A stretch of DNA of 64,000 nt. Origin: an uncultured Actinomycetota bacterium (GTDB lineage Bacteria > Actinomycetota > Actinomycetes > Actinomycetales > Micrococcaceae). The notes beneath the pieces are model-generated. The model was not told the DNA's origin. It worked only from the letters and a program-made list of their open reading frames with translations, and did not search any database. Location of the stretch: the NCBI GenBank assembly GCA_963815415.1, contig CAWFGT010000011.1, forward strand, positions 127,386 through 191,385, given 5' to 3'. The position numbers were made by a program, and so were the translations under genes. Shown piece after piece: positions 31,240-40,836 of this stretch (positions within the stretch are counted from its first letter, which is position 1; every line of letters starts with the position of its first letter).

Positions 31240-31572
31240 ATGAATCTACTGCCCAACGAAGGTCACAGTCTGCTGAAAATCACCGTGGAACGCAGCGGAG
31301 GCTTTGCCGGCATCAAACGGATCTGGACCGCCGAAGCGGCGACTCCGGACGAAGTGGAGCGCTGGCAGCCGGTCGTCGAGGCGTGCCCGTGGGAGTCCCT
31401 CCCGGCGCGGGGCCAGCGTAACGGCGGCCAGCCGGACCGGTTCATCTACAGTATCCGCGCCGGGCAGCACCGGGCGACGGTGCCGGAGCAGGCCCTGACC
31501 GGTCCGTGGCGGACCCTTGTGGATCTGGCCAAGGAAGCCGCGAAATCACCCCGGCCGCCGGACGGCCGCTAG
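31240..31572 (+). CDS. Emfourin-like protein (candidate proteinaceous inhibitor of the adjacent M4 protease)
   Basis: 110 aa. Sits immediately downstream of the M4 gene, as in protealysin/emfourin bicistrons, and contains the ERSGGFAGI motif recalled for this family. No clear SD, so the start is uncertain. Confidence 0.55.
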   Translation: MNLLPNEGHSLLKITVERSGGFAGIKRIWTAEAATPDEVERWQPVVEACPWESLPARGQRNGGQPDRFIYSIRAGQHRATVPEQALTGPWRTLVDLAKEAAKSPRPPDGR

Positions 31573-32540
31573 ACGGCAGCCAGGTGTCCCCGGAAAGTCC
31601 GCCGGTAGCCCTGCGGACTGGTATCGAGCGCCTTGGTGAAGTGGTGCCGCAGCAGCACCGAGTGGCCGAACCCCGCTTCCCGCGCCACCTCATCGATGCT
31701 GAAATCCGTGGTCTCCAGCAGTTCCTGCGCCCGCAGCACCCGCTGGGCGTTGAGCCAGGCCGCCGGCGTCGCGCCGGTCTCGGCACGGAACCGGCGGGCA
31801 AAGGTACGCGGGGACATGTGCACCCGGGCCGCCAGTTCGCTGACGGAATGTTCCTCCTGCAGGTGCCGGACCATCCACTCCAGCAGCCGCTCCATCGGTT
31901 CGGATCCGCAGGCCGGGATCGGCCGGTCGATGTACTGGGCCTGGCCGCCGTCGCGGTGCGGCGGAACCACCATGTCCCGGGCGATCCCGGCAGCCACCCT
32001 GGCCCCGAACTCGACCCGGATCAGGTGCAGGCAGGCATCAACGCCCGCGGCCGTTCCGGCGCTCGTGATCACCCGGCCGTCCTGGACGTAAAGCACGTTC
32101 TCGTCCACCAGCGCCTCCGGATACTGGGCGGCCAGCAGGCCGGAGAAGTGCCAGTGTGTGGTGCAGCGGCGGCCGTCGAGCAGCCCGGCCCGGGCCAGCG
32201 CGAAGGCCCCCGAGCAGATCGACATCACCCAGGCACCGCGCCGGTGGGCTGCCCGCAGGGCATCCAGCACCGCGTCGGGGATGTCCTGGCCGTCGTCGTC
32301 GCCGAACGGGGCCATGATGACAAGGTCGGCGTCGGCCGTGGCTTCCAGTCCCCGGTCCACCAGGAGAGACACACCGCCCTTGAGCGGAACGTTCCCGGGG
32401 ACTGCCGTGCACACACGGAAATCGAAGCGCGGAAGTCCGGGTTCCCGGACGGAACGGTCGATGCCGAAAACCTCTGCGGCAACACCGAATTCGAAGGCCG
32501 CAAGGGGCGGCAACACGATGACGGCTACGGACTTGATCAT
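31569..32540 (-). CDS. GlxA-family transcriptional regulator (DJ-1/PfpI domain + AraC HTH)
   Basis: 323 aa. DJ-1-like N-terminal domain with the nucleophile-elbow Cys (SICSGAFALA). C-terminal AraC-type HTH (SVSELAARVHMSPRTFARRF...GFGHSVLLRHHF). Its stop overlaps the emfourin-like gene stop in the palindrome CTAG. Confidence 0.9.
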   Translation of the reverse strand: MIKSVAVIVLPPLAAFEFGVAAEVFGIDRSVREPGLPRFDFRVCTAVPGNVPLKGGVSLLVDRGLEATADADLVIMAPFGDDDGQDIPDAVLDALRAAHRRGAWVMSICSGAFALARAGLLDGRRCTTHWHFSGLLAAQYPEALVDENVLYVQDGRVITSAGTAAGVDACLHLIRVEFGARVAAGIARDMVVPPHRDGGQAQYIDRPIPACGSEPMERLLEWMVRHLQEEHSVSELAARVHMSPRTFARRFRAETGATPAAWLNAQRVLRAQELLETTDFSIDEVAREAGFGHSVLLRHHFTKALDTSPQGYRRTFRGHLAAV

Positions 32541-32621
32541 GCCTTAATTGTGGCAGAAAATAGTCGCAATTGGTCATTACTGCCACTTCTTTCGTCGTCG
32601 CGGACGGCGAACCATGGAGGT

Positions 32622-32789
32622 ATGGAACTCCTCGGAATAGCCGTCTTTATCCTCATCATCAGCGCCCTCTCCGCGACCGTCGCCGCCGTTCGCAGCGACG
32701 GACTCGGCCACACTCCGGCAGTCCGCTCCGACGAAGACTGGACTGCGCTGGAGCTGCCCAGCATCAGCTACCTGCGCCGCTTCCTCTGA
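32622..32789 (+). CDS. Hypothetical 55-aa single-TM protein
   Basis: MELLGIAVFILIISALSATVAAVRSDGLGHTPAVRSDEDWTALELPSISYLRRFL. It is the only plausible coding stretch between glxA and hrpA. The GGAGG is only 1 nt from the ATG (poor spacing), so confidence is low. Confidence 0.3.
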   Translation: MELLGIAVFILIISALSATVAAVRSDGLGHTPAVRSDEDWTALELPSISYLRRFL

Positions 32790-32910
32790 ACCGCCGCCGG
32801 CACGCCGTGCCTCACCCGACCCGCACCTGACATCCGCACGCTGGACATCGCCTGCTGCCGGGCGCCCCGGGGCCACCCGGGGCGACTTCCCCAGTAGACT
32901 ATGTCCAGCC

Positions 32911-35900
32911 ATGACCTTTCATATTTCCTACCCCGCCGAGCTGCCGGTCTCCGAGCGCCGCGAAGATCTGATGGCAGCCATCGCGGCCAATCAGGTGACC
33001 ATCATCGCCGGCGAGACCGGCTCCGGAAAGACCACCCAGATTCCCAAGATGTGCCTTGAGCTGGGACTGGGCGAGGGCGGCCTGATCGGCCACACCCAGC
33101 CCCGCCGGCTGGCGGCGCGGACGGTCGCCGAGCGCATCGCGGAGGAGCTCGGTGTGGAGATCGGCCAGGAGGTCGGTTTCCAGGTCCGCTTCACCGGCGA
33201 GGTCAGCCGCTCCACGAAGGTCAAGCTCATGACCGACGGCATCCTGCTGGCGGAAATCCAGCGCGACAAGCTGCTGCGCAAGTACAACGCCATCATCATT
33301 GACGAGGCCCATGAGCGCAGCCTCAACATCGACTTCATCCTCGGCTACCTCAAGCGCATCCTGCCGCAGCGCCCGGACCTGAAGATCATCATCACCTCCG
33401 CCACCATCGATCCGCAGCGCTTCGCGAAGCACTTCGGAACCGAGGACGAGCCCTCGCCCATCATCGAGGTTTCCGGCCGCACCTATCCGGTCGAGATCCG
33501 TTACCGCCCGCTGTCCCAGCCGGCCGGCGGCGCAGCCGGCGACGATGCCGTCGCAGCCTCCGACGACGAGCTCGAGGAGGACCGGGACCCGCTCGACGCC
33601 GTCTGCGACGCCGTCGACGAACTCGCACAGGAAGCCCCCGGGGACATCCTCATCTTCTTCTCCGGCGAGCGCGAGATCCGCGACGCGGCCGAGGCCATCA
33701 ACGCACGGATCCAGTCCAACCGGCGGCTCGCCGGCACCGAAGTTCTGCCGCTCTTCGCCCGGCTCAGCCTGCAGGAGCAGCACAAGGTCTTCCACCCCGG
33801 CAGCAAACGCCGGATCGTCCTGGCCACCAACGTCGCGGAGACCTCCCTGACGGTACCGGGCATCAAGTACGTCATCGACACCGGCACGGCCCGCATCTCC
33901 CGCTACTCGCACCGCACCAAGGTCCAGCGCCTGCCGATCGAGCGGGTCTCCCAGGCCTCCGCCAACCAGCGCTCCGGCCGCTGCGGCCGCGTCTCCGACG
34001 GCATCGCGATCCGGCTCTACTCCGAAGAGGACTTCGAGTCCCGCCCGCTCTTCACCGACCCGGAAATCCTGCGCACCAACCTCGCCGCCGTCATCCTGCA
34101 GATGACCGCCATGGGCGTGGCCCGCGGGCCGAAGGACGTGGAAGACTTCCCGTTCGTCGAGCCGCCGGATTCCCGCGCCATCAACGACGGCGTCAGCCTC
34201 CTGCGCGAGCTCGGCGCGCTCCGTCCGCCGGCCTCCGGCGGCCTGACCGCCGTCGGGCAGCAGCTCGCGCAGTTGCCTGTTGACCCGAGGCTGGGCCGGA
34301 TGATCGTCGAGGCCGGCCGGCGCGGCTGCGTCCGTGAGGTCATGATCCTGGCGGCCGCGCTGACGATCCAGGACCCGCGCGAGCGCCCGACCGACAAGCA
34401 GCAGCTCGCCGCCGAGAAACACGCCCGCTTCCGGGATGAGAACTCGGACTTCACCGGCTTTTTGAACCTGTGGAACTATCTGCAGGAGAAGCAGCAGGAA
34501 CTCTCCTCCACCGGCTTCCGCCGGCTGTGCCGGGCCGAATTCATCAACTACCTGCGTGTCCGCGAATGGCAGGATCTCTTCGCCCAGCTGCGCCAGCTGG
34601 CCCGGCCCTTGGGCATCAGCCTGGACAACAAGCGGCTCGCGGACCCGGTGGGCCTCCACGACGGCATCCATATCAGCCTGCTTTCCGGGCTGCTGAGCCA
34701 TGTCGGCATCCTCGACGAGCGCAAGCGCGAGTACGCCGGCGCCCGCGGCAGCCGGTTCGCGATCTTCCCCGGCTCGGCCCTGTTCAAGAAGTCCCACACC
34801 TTCGTGATGGCGGCCGAGCTGGTCGAGACCAGCCGGCTGTGGGCCCGGGTCGCTGCAAAGTTCGATCCGCTCTGGGCCGAGCAGGTGGCGCCGGACCTGG
34901 TCAAGCGCAGCTACAGCGAGCCGCACTGGTCCAAGAAGATGGGCTCGGTGATGGCCCATGAAAAGGTCACGCTCTACGGGGTACCCATCATCCCGAGCCG
35001 CCGCATCAACTACGGCAAGGTCGAACCGGAGCTGTGCCGGGAGCTCTTCATCCGCCATGCCCTCGTGGAGGGCGACTGGCAGACGCACCACAAGTTCTTC
35101 CACCGCAACCGCGCCCTGCTCCACGAGGTCGAGGAGCTGGAGGCGCGGATGCGCCGCCGGGACATCCTGGTCGATGACGAGACGCTGTTCGAGTTCTACG
35201 ACGCACGCGTGGGCAAGGACGTGGTCTCCGAACGGCACTTCGACAAGTGGTGGAAGGAGGCCCGGCAGCAGGACCCTGCCCTGCTGGACTTCGACCAGTC
35301 CCTGCTGATCAGCGAGGACGCCGACGGGCTCGACGACGCAGCCTACCCCAAGACCCTGCTGCACAAAGGCTTCGAACTCCCGCTGAGCTACGAGTTCCAT
35401 CCGGTCGCGCCCGGATCCCCGCCCAATCCCTCCGACGGCGTCACCGCCGAGGTCCCCGTGCTGTTCCTGAACCAGCTCGACGACGCCGCGTTCCGGTGGC
35501 TGATCCCGGGACAGCGCGTCGAACTCGTCACGGCGCTGATCAAGTCGCTGCCGAAGCAGGTGCGCAAGAACTTCGTGCCCGCCCCGGACGTGGCACGCCA
35601 GGCCGTGGCGGCCCTCGAGGCGGACTTCGATCCCGCTGCCGATGAGCTTGAGCCCTCCCTGGAGCTGGTGCTGCGCCGGATCCGCGGCCAGGTCATTCCC
35701 CCGGGGCTCTGGAACTGGGACGCGGTGCCGGCCCACCTGCGGGTCAGCTTCCGGGTCGTGGATTCCCGTGGCAAAATCCTGGACGAGGGCAAGGACCTCG
35801 CGGCCCTGCAGGAGAGGCTGGCCCCGGCCACCCGGCGGGCCATCGCGGAGTCGCTGGGCGCCACCCCGTCGACGACGGCGCCGAAGGCCGCCGGGAAGAC

Positions 35901-36852
35901 GTCCGGTAAGGGCCCTGCCGGCGCCGCCGGCCGGGGCGCCACCGCCATTCAGCCGGCCCGGGCCGCGGGAACCGGCGGGTTTGCCGAGCAGTCAGGGCTT
36001 ACGGACTGGACCTTCGGGACCGTCCAGCGCCAGGTGCAGGGCATCGTGGCGGGTCATACGGTCACCGGTTATCCGGCCCTCGTGGATGAGGGCGCTTCCG
36101 TGGCCCTGCGCTTGTTCCAGACAAGTTCCGAGCAGGAACAGGCCATGCGCGGCGGCGTCATCCGCCTCCTTGCCCTGAAGGTTCCGCCACCGGACCGCTA
36201 CGTCCTGGAGCACCTGAACAATACGGAGAAGCTGACCTTCAGCCAGAATCCGCACGGCTCCGTGTCGGCACTGATCGCCGATTGTTCCCTCGCCGCCATC
36301 GACAAGCTCACGCCGGCCTCCCTCCCCTGGGATGAGGCTTCGTTCCGTGCGCTGTACGAGAACGTCCGGGCCGAGCTGATCGACACCGTGTTTACGGTGA
36401 CCGCCGTCGTCGAACGCATTCTGGCAAGCACACGGCGGATTGAAAAGCAGCTGAAGGGAACCACGAGCCTGGCGCTGATCAGCGCCCTGAACGACGTCAA
36501 GAGCCAACTGGAGCAACTGGTCTTCCCGGGGTTCGTGGCACGCACGGGTTATGCGCAGCTGAGCCAGCTGCCGCGCTACCTCGCCGCCATCGAAAAACGG
36601 CTCGAGAAACTGCCGGGCAACGTCCAGCGCGACGCCCAGCACATGGCCGCGGTCCAGGCCATCGAGGACGATTACGACGACGCGGTGTCGGCGCTGCTGC
36701 CCGGGCGCCGTGCCGGGGCTGAACTGACCCATGTCCGCTGGATGATCGAGGAACTGCGCGTCAGCCTGTTCGCCGTCGAGCTCGGGACCGCCTATTCCGT
36801 CTCGGAAAAGCGGATCCGCGCCGCCCTTAACAAGGTGCTGGCGCCGGCCTGA
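32911..36852 (+). CDS. hrpA: ATP-dependent RNA helicase HrpA (DEAH box)
   Basis: 1313 aa. GETGSGKTTQ Walker A, IIIDEAHERS DEAH box, HA2/OB and HrpA C-terminal region. The antisense 945-aa ORF is rejected. Confidence 0.97.
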   Translation: MTFHISYPAELPVSERREDLMAAIAANQVTIIAGETGSGKTTQIPKMCLELGLGEGGLIGHTQPRRLAARTVAERIAEELGVEIGQEVGFQVRFTGEVSRSTKVKLMTDGILLAEIQRDKLLRKYNAIIIDEAHERSLNIDFILGYLKRILPQRPDLKIIITSATIDPQRFAKHFGTEDEPSPIIEVSGRTYPVEIRYRPLSQPAGGAAGDDAVAASDDELEEDRDPLDAVCDAVDELAQEAPGDILIFFSGEREIRDAAEAINARIQSNRRLAGTEVLPLFARLSLQEQHKVFHPGSKRRIVLATNVAETSLTVPGIKYVIDTGTARISRYSHRTKVQRLPIERVSQASANQRSGRCGRVSDGIAIRLYSEEDFESRPLFTDPEILRTNLAAVILQMTAMGVARGPKDVEDFPFVEPPDSRAINDGVSLLRELGALRPPASGGLTAVGQQLAQLPVDPRLGRMIVEAGRRGCVREVMILAAALTIQDPRERPTDKQQLAAEKHARFRDENSDFTGFLNLWNYLQEKQQELSSTGFRRLCRAEFINYLRVREWQDLFAQLRQLARPLGISLDNKRLADPVGLHDGIHISLLSGLLSHVGILDERKREYAGARGSRFAIFPGSALFKKSHTFVMAAELVETSRLWARVAAKFDPLWAEQVAPDLVKRSYSEPHWSKKMGSVMAHEKVTLYGVPIIPSRRINYGKVEPELCRELFIRHALVEGDWQTHHKFFHRNRALLHEVEELEARMRRRDILVDDETLFEFYDARVGKDVVSERHFDKWWKEARQQDPALLDFDQSLLISEDADGLDDAAYPKTLLHKGFELPLSYEFHPVAPGSPPNPSDGVTAEVPVLFLNQLDDAAFRWLIPGQRVELVTALIKSLPKQVRKNFVPAPDVARQAVAALEADFDPAADELEPSLELVLRRIRGQVIPPGLWNWDAVPAHLRVSFRVVDSRGKILDEGKDLAALQERLAPATRRAIAESLGATPSTTAPKAAGKTSGKGPAGAAGRGATAIQPARAAGTGGFAEQSGLTDWTFGTVQRQVQGIVAGHTVTGYPALVDEGASVALRLFQTSSEQEQAMRGGVIRLLALKVPPPDRYVLEHLNNTEKLTFSQNPHGSVSALIADCSLAAIDKLTPASLPWDEASFRALYENVRAELIDTVFTVTAVVERILASTRRIEKQLKGTTSLALISALNDVKSQLEQLVFPGFVARTGYAQLSQLPRYLAAIEKRLEKLPGNVQRDAQHMAAVQAIEDDYDDAVSALLPGRRAGAELTHVRWMIEELRVSLFAVELGTAYSVSEKRIRAALNKVLAPA

Positions 36853-36913
36853 CGCCCGGATGGGCAACAGGTCGGCGCCAGCGCTGTGTCGCTTCTTGCG
36901 GGTCAGGTGCCGG

Positions 36914-37342
36914 TCAGGCCTGCGGGACCTGCCCGGTGTAACCAGCCGCCCGAAGCCCTTCGCGGAGCTTGTCCGCGTTGGCGTCGAGCCGGGCCGGATC
37001 GGGGTTCTGGTCCGCCGAGCCGAAGTCGTAGTCGGCCATCGAGTTCGAAGGCCAGACGTGGACGTGCAGGTGGTTGATCTCGTAGCCGGCGATGATCAGT
37101 CCGGCCCGGGCCGCGCCGAAGACGTCGACCTGGACGGCGCCGATCTTCCGGGCCACTTCCATGACCCGGGCCAGGAGCTCGGGCGAAGCGTCCGTCCAGC
37201 GGTCGATTTCCTCGGTGGGCACCACCAGGGTGTGGCCGTCGGCGAGGGGGCCCGTCGTCAGGAAGGCGGCGACGTCATCCTCGCGCCAGACAAACCGGCC
37301 GGGAATCTCACCGTTGATGATCCGGGTGAAGAGCGTGCTCAT
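36914..37342 (-). CDS. HIT-family (histidine triad) protein
   Basis: 142 aa. IINGEIPGRFVW and the histidine triad INHLHVHVWP. Confidence 0.92.
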   Translation of the reverse strand: MSTLFTRIINGEIPGRFVWREDDVAAFLTTGPLADGHTLVVPTEEIDRWTDASPELLARVMEVARKIGAVQVDVFGAARAGLIIAGYEINHLHVHVWPSNSMADYDFGSADQNPDPARLDANADKLREGLRAAGYTGQVPQA

Positions 37343-38508
37343 GCGTCGGCGCTCCCCGCAGGTGCCGGCAGGGTGCTGGCATCGAGTACGAACCGGTATT
37401 TCACGTCGCCGGCCACCATCCGGTCGTACGCCTCGTTGAGCTGATCGGCGGTCACCATTTCGATGTCGGAGACCACGCCGTGCTCGGCGCAGAAGTCCAG
37501 CATTTCCTGGGTCTCGGCGATGCCGCCGATCAGCGAACCGGCGTAAGCGATCCGGCGGCTGATCAGGGCACCGGGGTTGACCGGCGGCATGGCTTCGGAG
37601 GGCAGTCCCAGCTGGAACAGCGCGCCGTCCTGGCGGAGCGTGCGGAAGTACGGGTTGAGGTCGTGCGGTGCGGCAACGGTGTCGATGATGACGTCGATGC
37701 TGCGGTCCGCGGCGGCCATCGCTGCGGTGTCCTTGGAGAGGATGACGTCGTCGGCGCCGAGTTCACGGGCGGCGGCGAACTTCTTCTCCGATGTGGTGAA
37801 GACCTTCACCTCGGCCCCCATGGCCTTGGCGATCTTGACGGCCATGTGGCCCAGTCCGCCGAGTCCGACGACGCCGACCACGTCGCCTTCTTCGACCTCG
37901 AAGTGGTTCAGCGGCGAGTACGTGGTCACACCGGCGCACAGCAGGGGTGCTGCGGCGGCCGGGTCCAGGCTCTCCGGAACGCGCAGTACATAGTTCCGGT
38001 CCACAACGATGGATGTGGAGTAGCCGCCCTGGGTGACAGTGTTCCCGTTGCGGGCGTCGTCTCCGCCGTAGGTGCCGACCATGCCCTTTTCGCAGTACTG
38101 CTCAAGTCCGTCGAGGCAGGCCTCGCATTCGCGGCAGGAATCGACCATGCAGCCGACACCGACGCGCTCGCCGACCGCGAAGTCGTCGACGTCGGAGCCG
38201 ACGCGGCTGACACGGCCGACGATTTCGTGGCCGGGGACGAGCGGGTACTTGTCGCCGCCCCATTCGCCGCGGGTGGCGTGGACGTCGGAGTGGCAGAGGC
38301 CCACGAAGTCGATGGAAATCTCGATGTCGTCGGCCTTGGGGGCGCGGCGTGCGACGGTCAGCGGGACAAGGCCGCTGTCGGCGGAAGTGGAGCCGTAGGC
38401 TGCAACGAGGGTGGTGCCGTCAGCCTGGACGTTATCGTTCAGCCGGGCATCGTTGATGTCGGGCAGGGGCGTGGCAAGGGGCGGGGGTACGGGGCGTCCG
38501 GGAGTCAT
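37339..38508 (-). CDS. Zinc-dependent NAD(P) alcohol dehydrogenase (cinnamyl-alcohol-DH-like)
   Basis: GLCHSDVH catalytic-zinc motif, CxxCxxC structural-zinc motif (CRECEACLDGLEQYC) and a GLGGLGH Rossmann motif. ATGA overlap with the HIT gene. The ~30-aa N-terminal extension is uncertain. Confidence 0.9.
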   Translation of the reverse strand: MTPGRPVPPPLATPLPDINDARLNDNVQADGTTLVAAYGSTSADSGLVPLTVARRAPKADDIEISIDFVGLCHSDVHATRGEWGGDKYPLVPGHEIVGRVSRVGSDVDDFAVGERVGVGCMVDSCRECEACLDGLEQYCEKGMVGTYGGDDARNGNTVTQGGYSTSIVVDRNYVLRVPESLDPAAAAPLLCAGVTTYSPLNHFEVEEGDVVGVVGLGGLGHMAVKIAKAMGAEVKVFTTSEKKFAAARELGADDVILSKDTAAMAAADRSIDVIIDTVAAPHDLNPYFRTLRQDGALFQLGLPSEAMPPVNPGALISRRIAYAGSLIGGIAETQEMLDFCAEHGVVSDIEMVTADQLNEAYDRMVAGDVKYRFVLDASTLPAPAGSADA

Positions 38509-38642
38509 ACCCCTGACGCTACGCCCGTTGCCGTATTGTTATCCAATTCGTCCGCTCACAGCGATACCGGTCAGTAGCATTCTCCGGCTTGGCCTGCGCA
38601 ATGCCGCGCATAAATGTCAGAGGCTCCTGAGAGACTCAAGAT

Positions 38643-39944
38643 ATGGACGGCAGAGGCGTTCCTCCGGAGATAGTTCGAACAGGTTGGGCGGTCACTGAGG
38701 TGACGCGCTTTCTCGGTACTGTCCGGCCTGCGGGGGACGGGGCCGGGCTGATCAGCCAGCTCAGGGACCTGGAGGACCTGAAGTCCGCCGCGGCCGCGCT
38801 GCAGGCCCGGATCACCGTCGTCTTCGATGCACTGGCCCGCTGCGAACAAACCGCGGCCGGGATCCCCGCCGACCGGATCGGGCAAGGCATCAGCGCCCAG
38901 ATCGCCCTTGCCCGGCGGGAATCCCCGCACCGCGGCGGACACCTCCTGGGCCTGGCCAAAGCCCTCACCAGCGAAATGCCGCACACCCTCACTGCGCTCG
39001 AAACCGGCCAGCTCAGCGAATGGCGGGCCACCCTGCTCGTGAAGGAAACCGCCTGCCTCACCTCCGCCGACCGGATCGCGGTCGATGAAGAACTCGCAGC
39101 CGACACCGGCACCTTCGAAGGCGCCGGGACCCGGAGCATCACGGCCACGGCCCGTGCCGCCGCCTACCGCACCGACCCCCGCACTATCACCCGGCGCGCG
39201 GCCCGCGCCGCGGCCGACCGGCTCGTGAGCCTCCGCCCGGCTCCGGACACGATGACGTACCTGACCGCACTGCTGCCCGTCTCCCAGGGCGTCGCCGCCT
39301 ATACGGCCCTGACCCGGGCCGCCGACACCCTCCGCGCCACAGGCGACCCCCGGTCCCGAGGCCAAGCCATGGCCGATACCCTTCTCGAACGCCTCACCGG
39401 AACCCCGGCCGGAATCACCGGTATCGATCTCCAGCTCATCATGACTGACCGCACCCTCCTCCAGGCCGACTCCGAACCCGCCCGGATCCCCGGCTACGGC
39501 ATTATCCCCGCCGAACAGGCCCGCGAACTCCTCACCACGGGCACCGCCGGGACCGGAGGCGCCGGCGGCTCCGCGTTCCGCACCTGGCTCCGGCGCGTCT
39601 ACACCGCCCCCGCCACCGGAGACCTGCTCGCCATGGACTCCCGCGCCCGGTTCTTCCCGCCCCGGCTCCGCCGCTTACTCCACACCCGGGACGACACCTG
39701 CCGCACCCCCTATTGCGACGCCCCTATCCGCCATCTGGACCACATCATCCCCTGGCACCACGGGGGCGAGACCACCGCCGGCAACGGCGCCGGACTCTGC
39801 GAAGCCTGTAACCACACCAAAGAAGTCCCCGGCTGGCAATCCCAGCCCGTTCCCGGCCCCCGACACACCGTCGAAATCACCACCCCCACCGGCCACACCT
39901 ACCAATCCACTGCCCCGCCGCTCCCCGGCCGGGCCGCAGCCTGA
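38643..39944 (+). CDS. DUF222 + HNH endonuclease domain protein (13E12-repeat family)
   Basis: 433 aa. DUF222-like N-terminal region ([23 protein letters not shown]). C-terminal HNH signature [48 protein letters not shown]. Confidence 0.88.
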   Translation: MDGRGVPPEIVRTGWAVTEVTRFLGTVRPAGDGAGLISQLRDLEDLKSAAAALQARITVVFDALARCEQTAAGIPADRIGQGISAQIALARRESPHRGGHLLGLAKALTSEMPHTLTALETGQLSEWRATLLVKETACLTSADRIAVDEELAADTGTFEGAGTRSITATARAAAYRTDPRTITRRAARAAADRLVSLRPAPDTMTYLTALLPVSQGVAAYTALTRAADTLRATGDPRSRGQAMADTLLERLTGTPAGITGIDLQLIMTDRTLLQADSEPARIPGYGIIPAEQARELLTTGTAGTGGAGGSAFRTWLRRVYTAPATGDLLAMDSRARFFPPRLRRLLHTRDDTCRTPYCDAPIRHLDHIIPWHHGGETTAGNGAGLCEACNHTKEVPGWQSQPVPGPRHTVEITTPTGHTYQSTAPPLPGRAAA

Positions 39945-39951
39945 ATTCGGT

Positions 39952-40788
39952 CTACTGCTCTGGTCCCGTCGCGACCGGATTCGCCGGGTTGTTGGACCAT
40001 TCGGAAAACGAACCCGGATACAGCGCCGCCGGGAAACCTGCTATCTCCAGGGCTGCGATTTCGTGGGCCGCCGTCACGCCGGAGCCGCAGTAGACGGCGG
40101 TCGGCACGTCCGGCCGCAACCCCAGCGCACGGAAGCGCTCCTTTAGTTCCACCGGACGCAGGAACCGCCCGTCGGGTGCGAGGTTGGCACCAGTGGGTGC
40201 ACTGACTGCCCCGGGAATGTGGCCGGCCCGGGGATCAACGGGTTCGAACTCGCCGCGGTAGCGCTCCCCCGCCCGGGCGTCGAGCAGGAAGCCGCCGCGC
40301 GCCCAGGCACCGGCCTGTTCGGCGTCGATGACCGGCATCCCGCCGTCGGACAGTGTGATGTCGCCAGGGGCCGGTACTACCGGGCCTGCAGTGAGTTCGT
40401 AACCGGCTGCGCGCCAGGCGGCGAGGCCGCCGTCGAGCAGGTACACGGTCTGCACGCCGGCATGCCGCAGCATCCACCACAGCCGAGCGGCGGCCATGTT
40501 GCCGCTGTCGTCATAGGCGACCACCACGTCGCCGTCGTTGACGCCCCAACGGCGGACCGAAGCCTGGAAATCGGCAGGCGTTGGCAGCGGGTGCCGGCCG
40601 CGACGGGGATCAGGAGGGCCGGCGAGTTCGGCGCCAAGATCCACGAAGACGGCCCCGGGGAGGTGTTCCTCAAGGTAGTGTTCCCGGCCATGCGGGTCAC
40701 CCAGCGCCCAGCGAACGTCCAACAGGACAGTGCGGTGTCCGGAGAGCATGCGTTCGTTGAGTTCGGCCACATCCATCAGGGTCTTCAT
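39952..40788 (-). CDS. Tandem-rhodanese sulfurtransferase (thiosulfate / 3-mercaptopyruvate type)
   Basis: 278 aa with two rhodanese domains. Active-site loop VYCGSGVTAAHE. Confidence 0.9.
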   Translation of the reverse strand: MKTLMDVAELNERMLSGHRTVLLDVRWALGDPHGREHYLEEHLPGAVFVDLGAELAGPPDPRRGRHPLPTPADFQASVRRWGVNDGDVVVAYDDSGNMAAARLWWMLRHAGVQTVYLLDGGLAAWRAAGYELTAGPVVPAPGDITLSDGGMPVIDAEQAGAWARGGFLLDARAGERYRGEFEPVDPRAGHIPGAVSAPTGANLAPDGRFLRPVELKERFRALGLRPDVPTAVYCGSGVTAAHEIAALEIAGFPAALYPGSFSEWSNNPANPVATGPEQ

Positions 40789-40836
40789 CTGCCCACTCTA
40801 ACCATGCGGATCGGCTGCCGCAGGTAGTCTGGTGCG

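Noticed and set aside
29895-32540. Genomic island integrated at tRNA-Arg (M4 protease, emfourin-like, GlxA)
   Set aside because: No integrase is present, I spotted no duplicated tRNA 3' segment downstream, and the base composition looks like the rest of the window.
32899-35736. 945-aa minus-strand ORF
   Set aside because: Antisense to HrpA (DEAH helicase with clear motifs). Low-complexity Gly/Arg/Asp/Leu composition.
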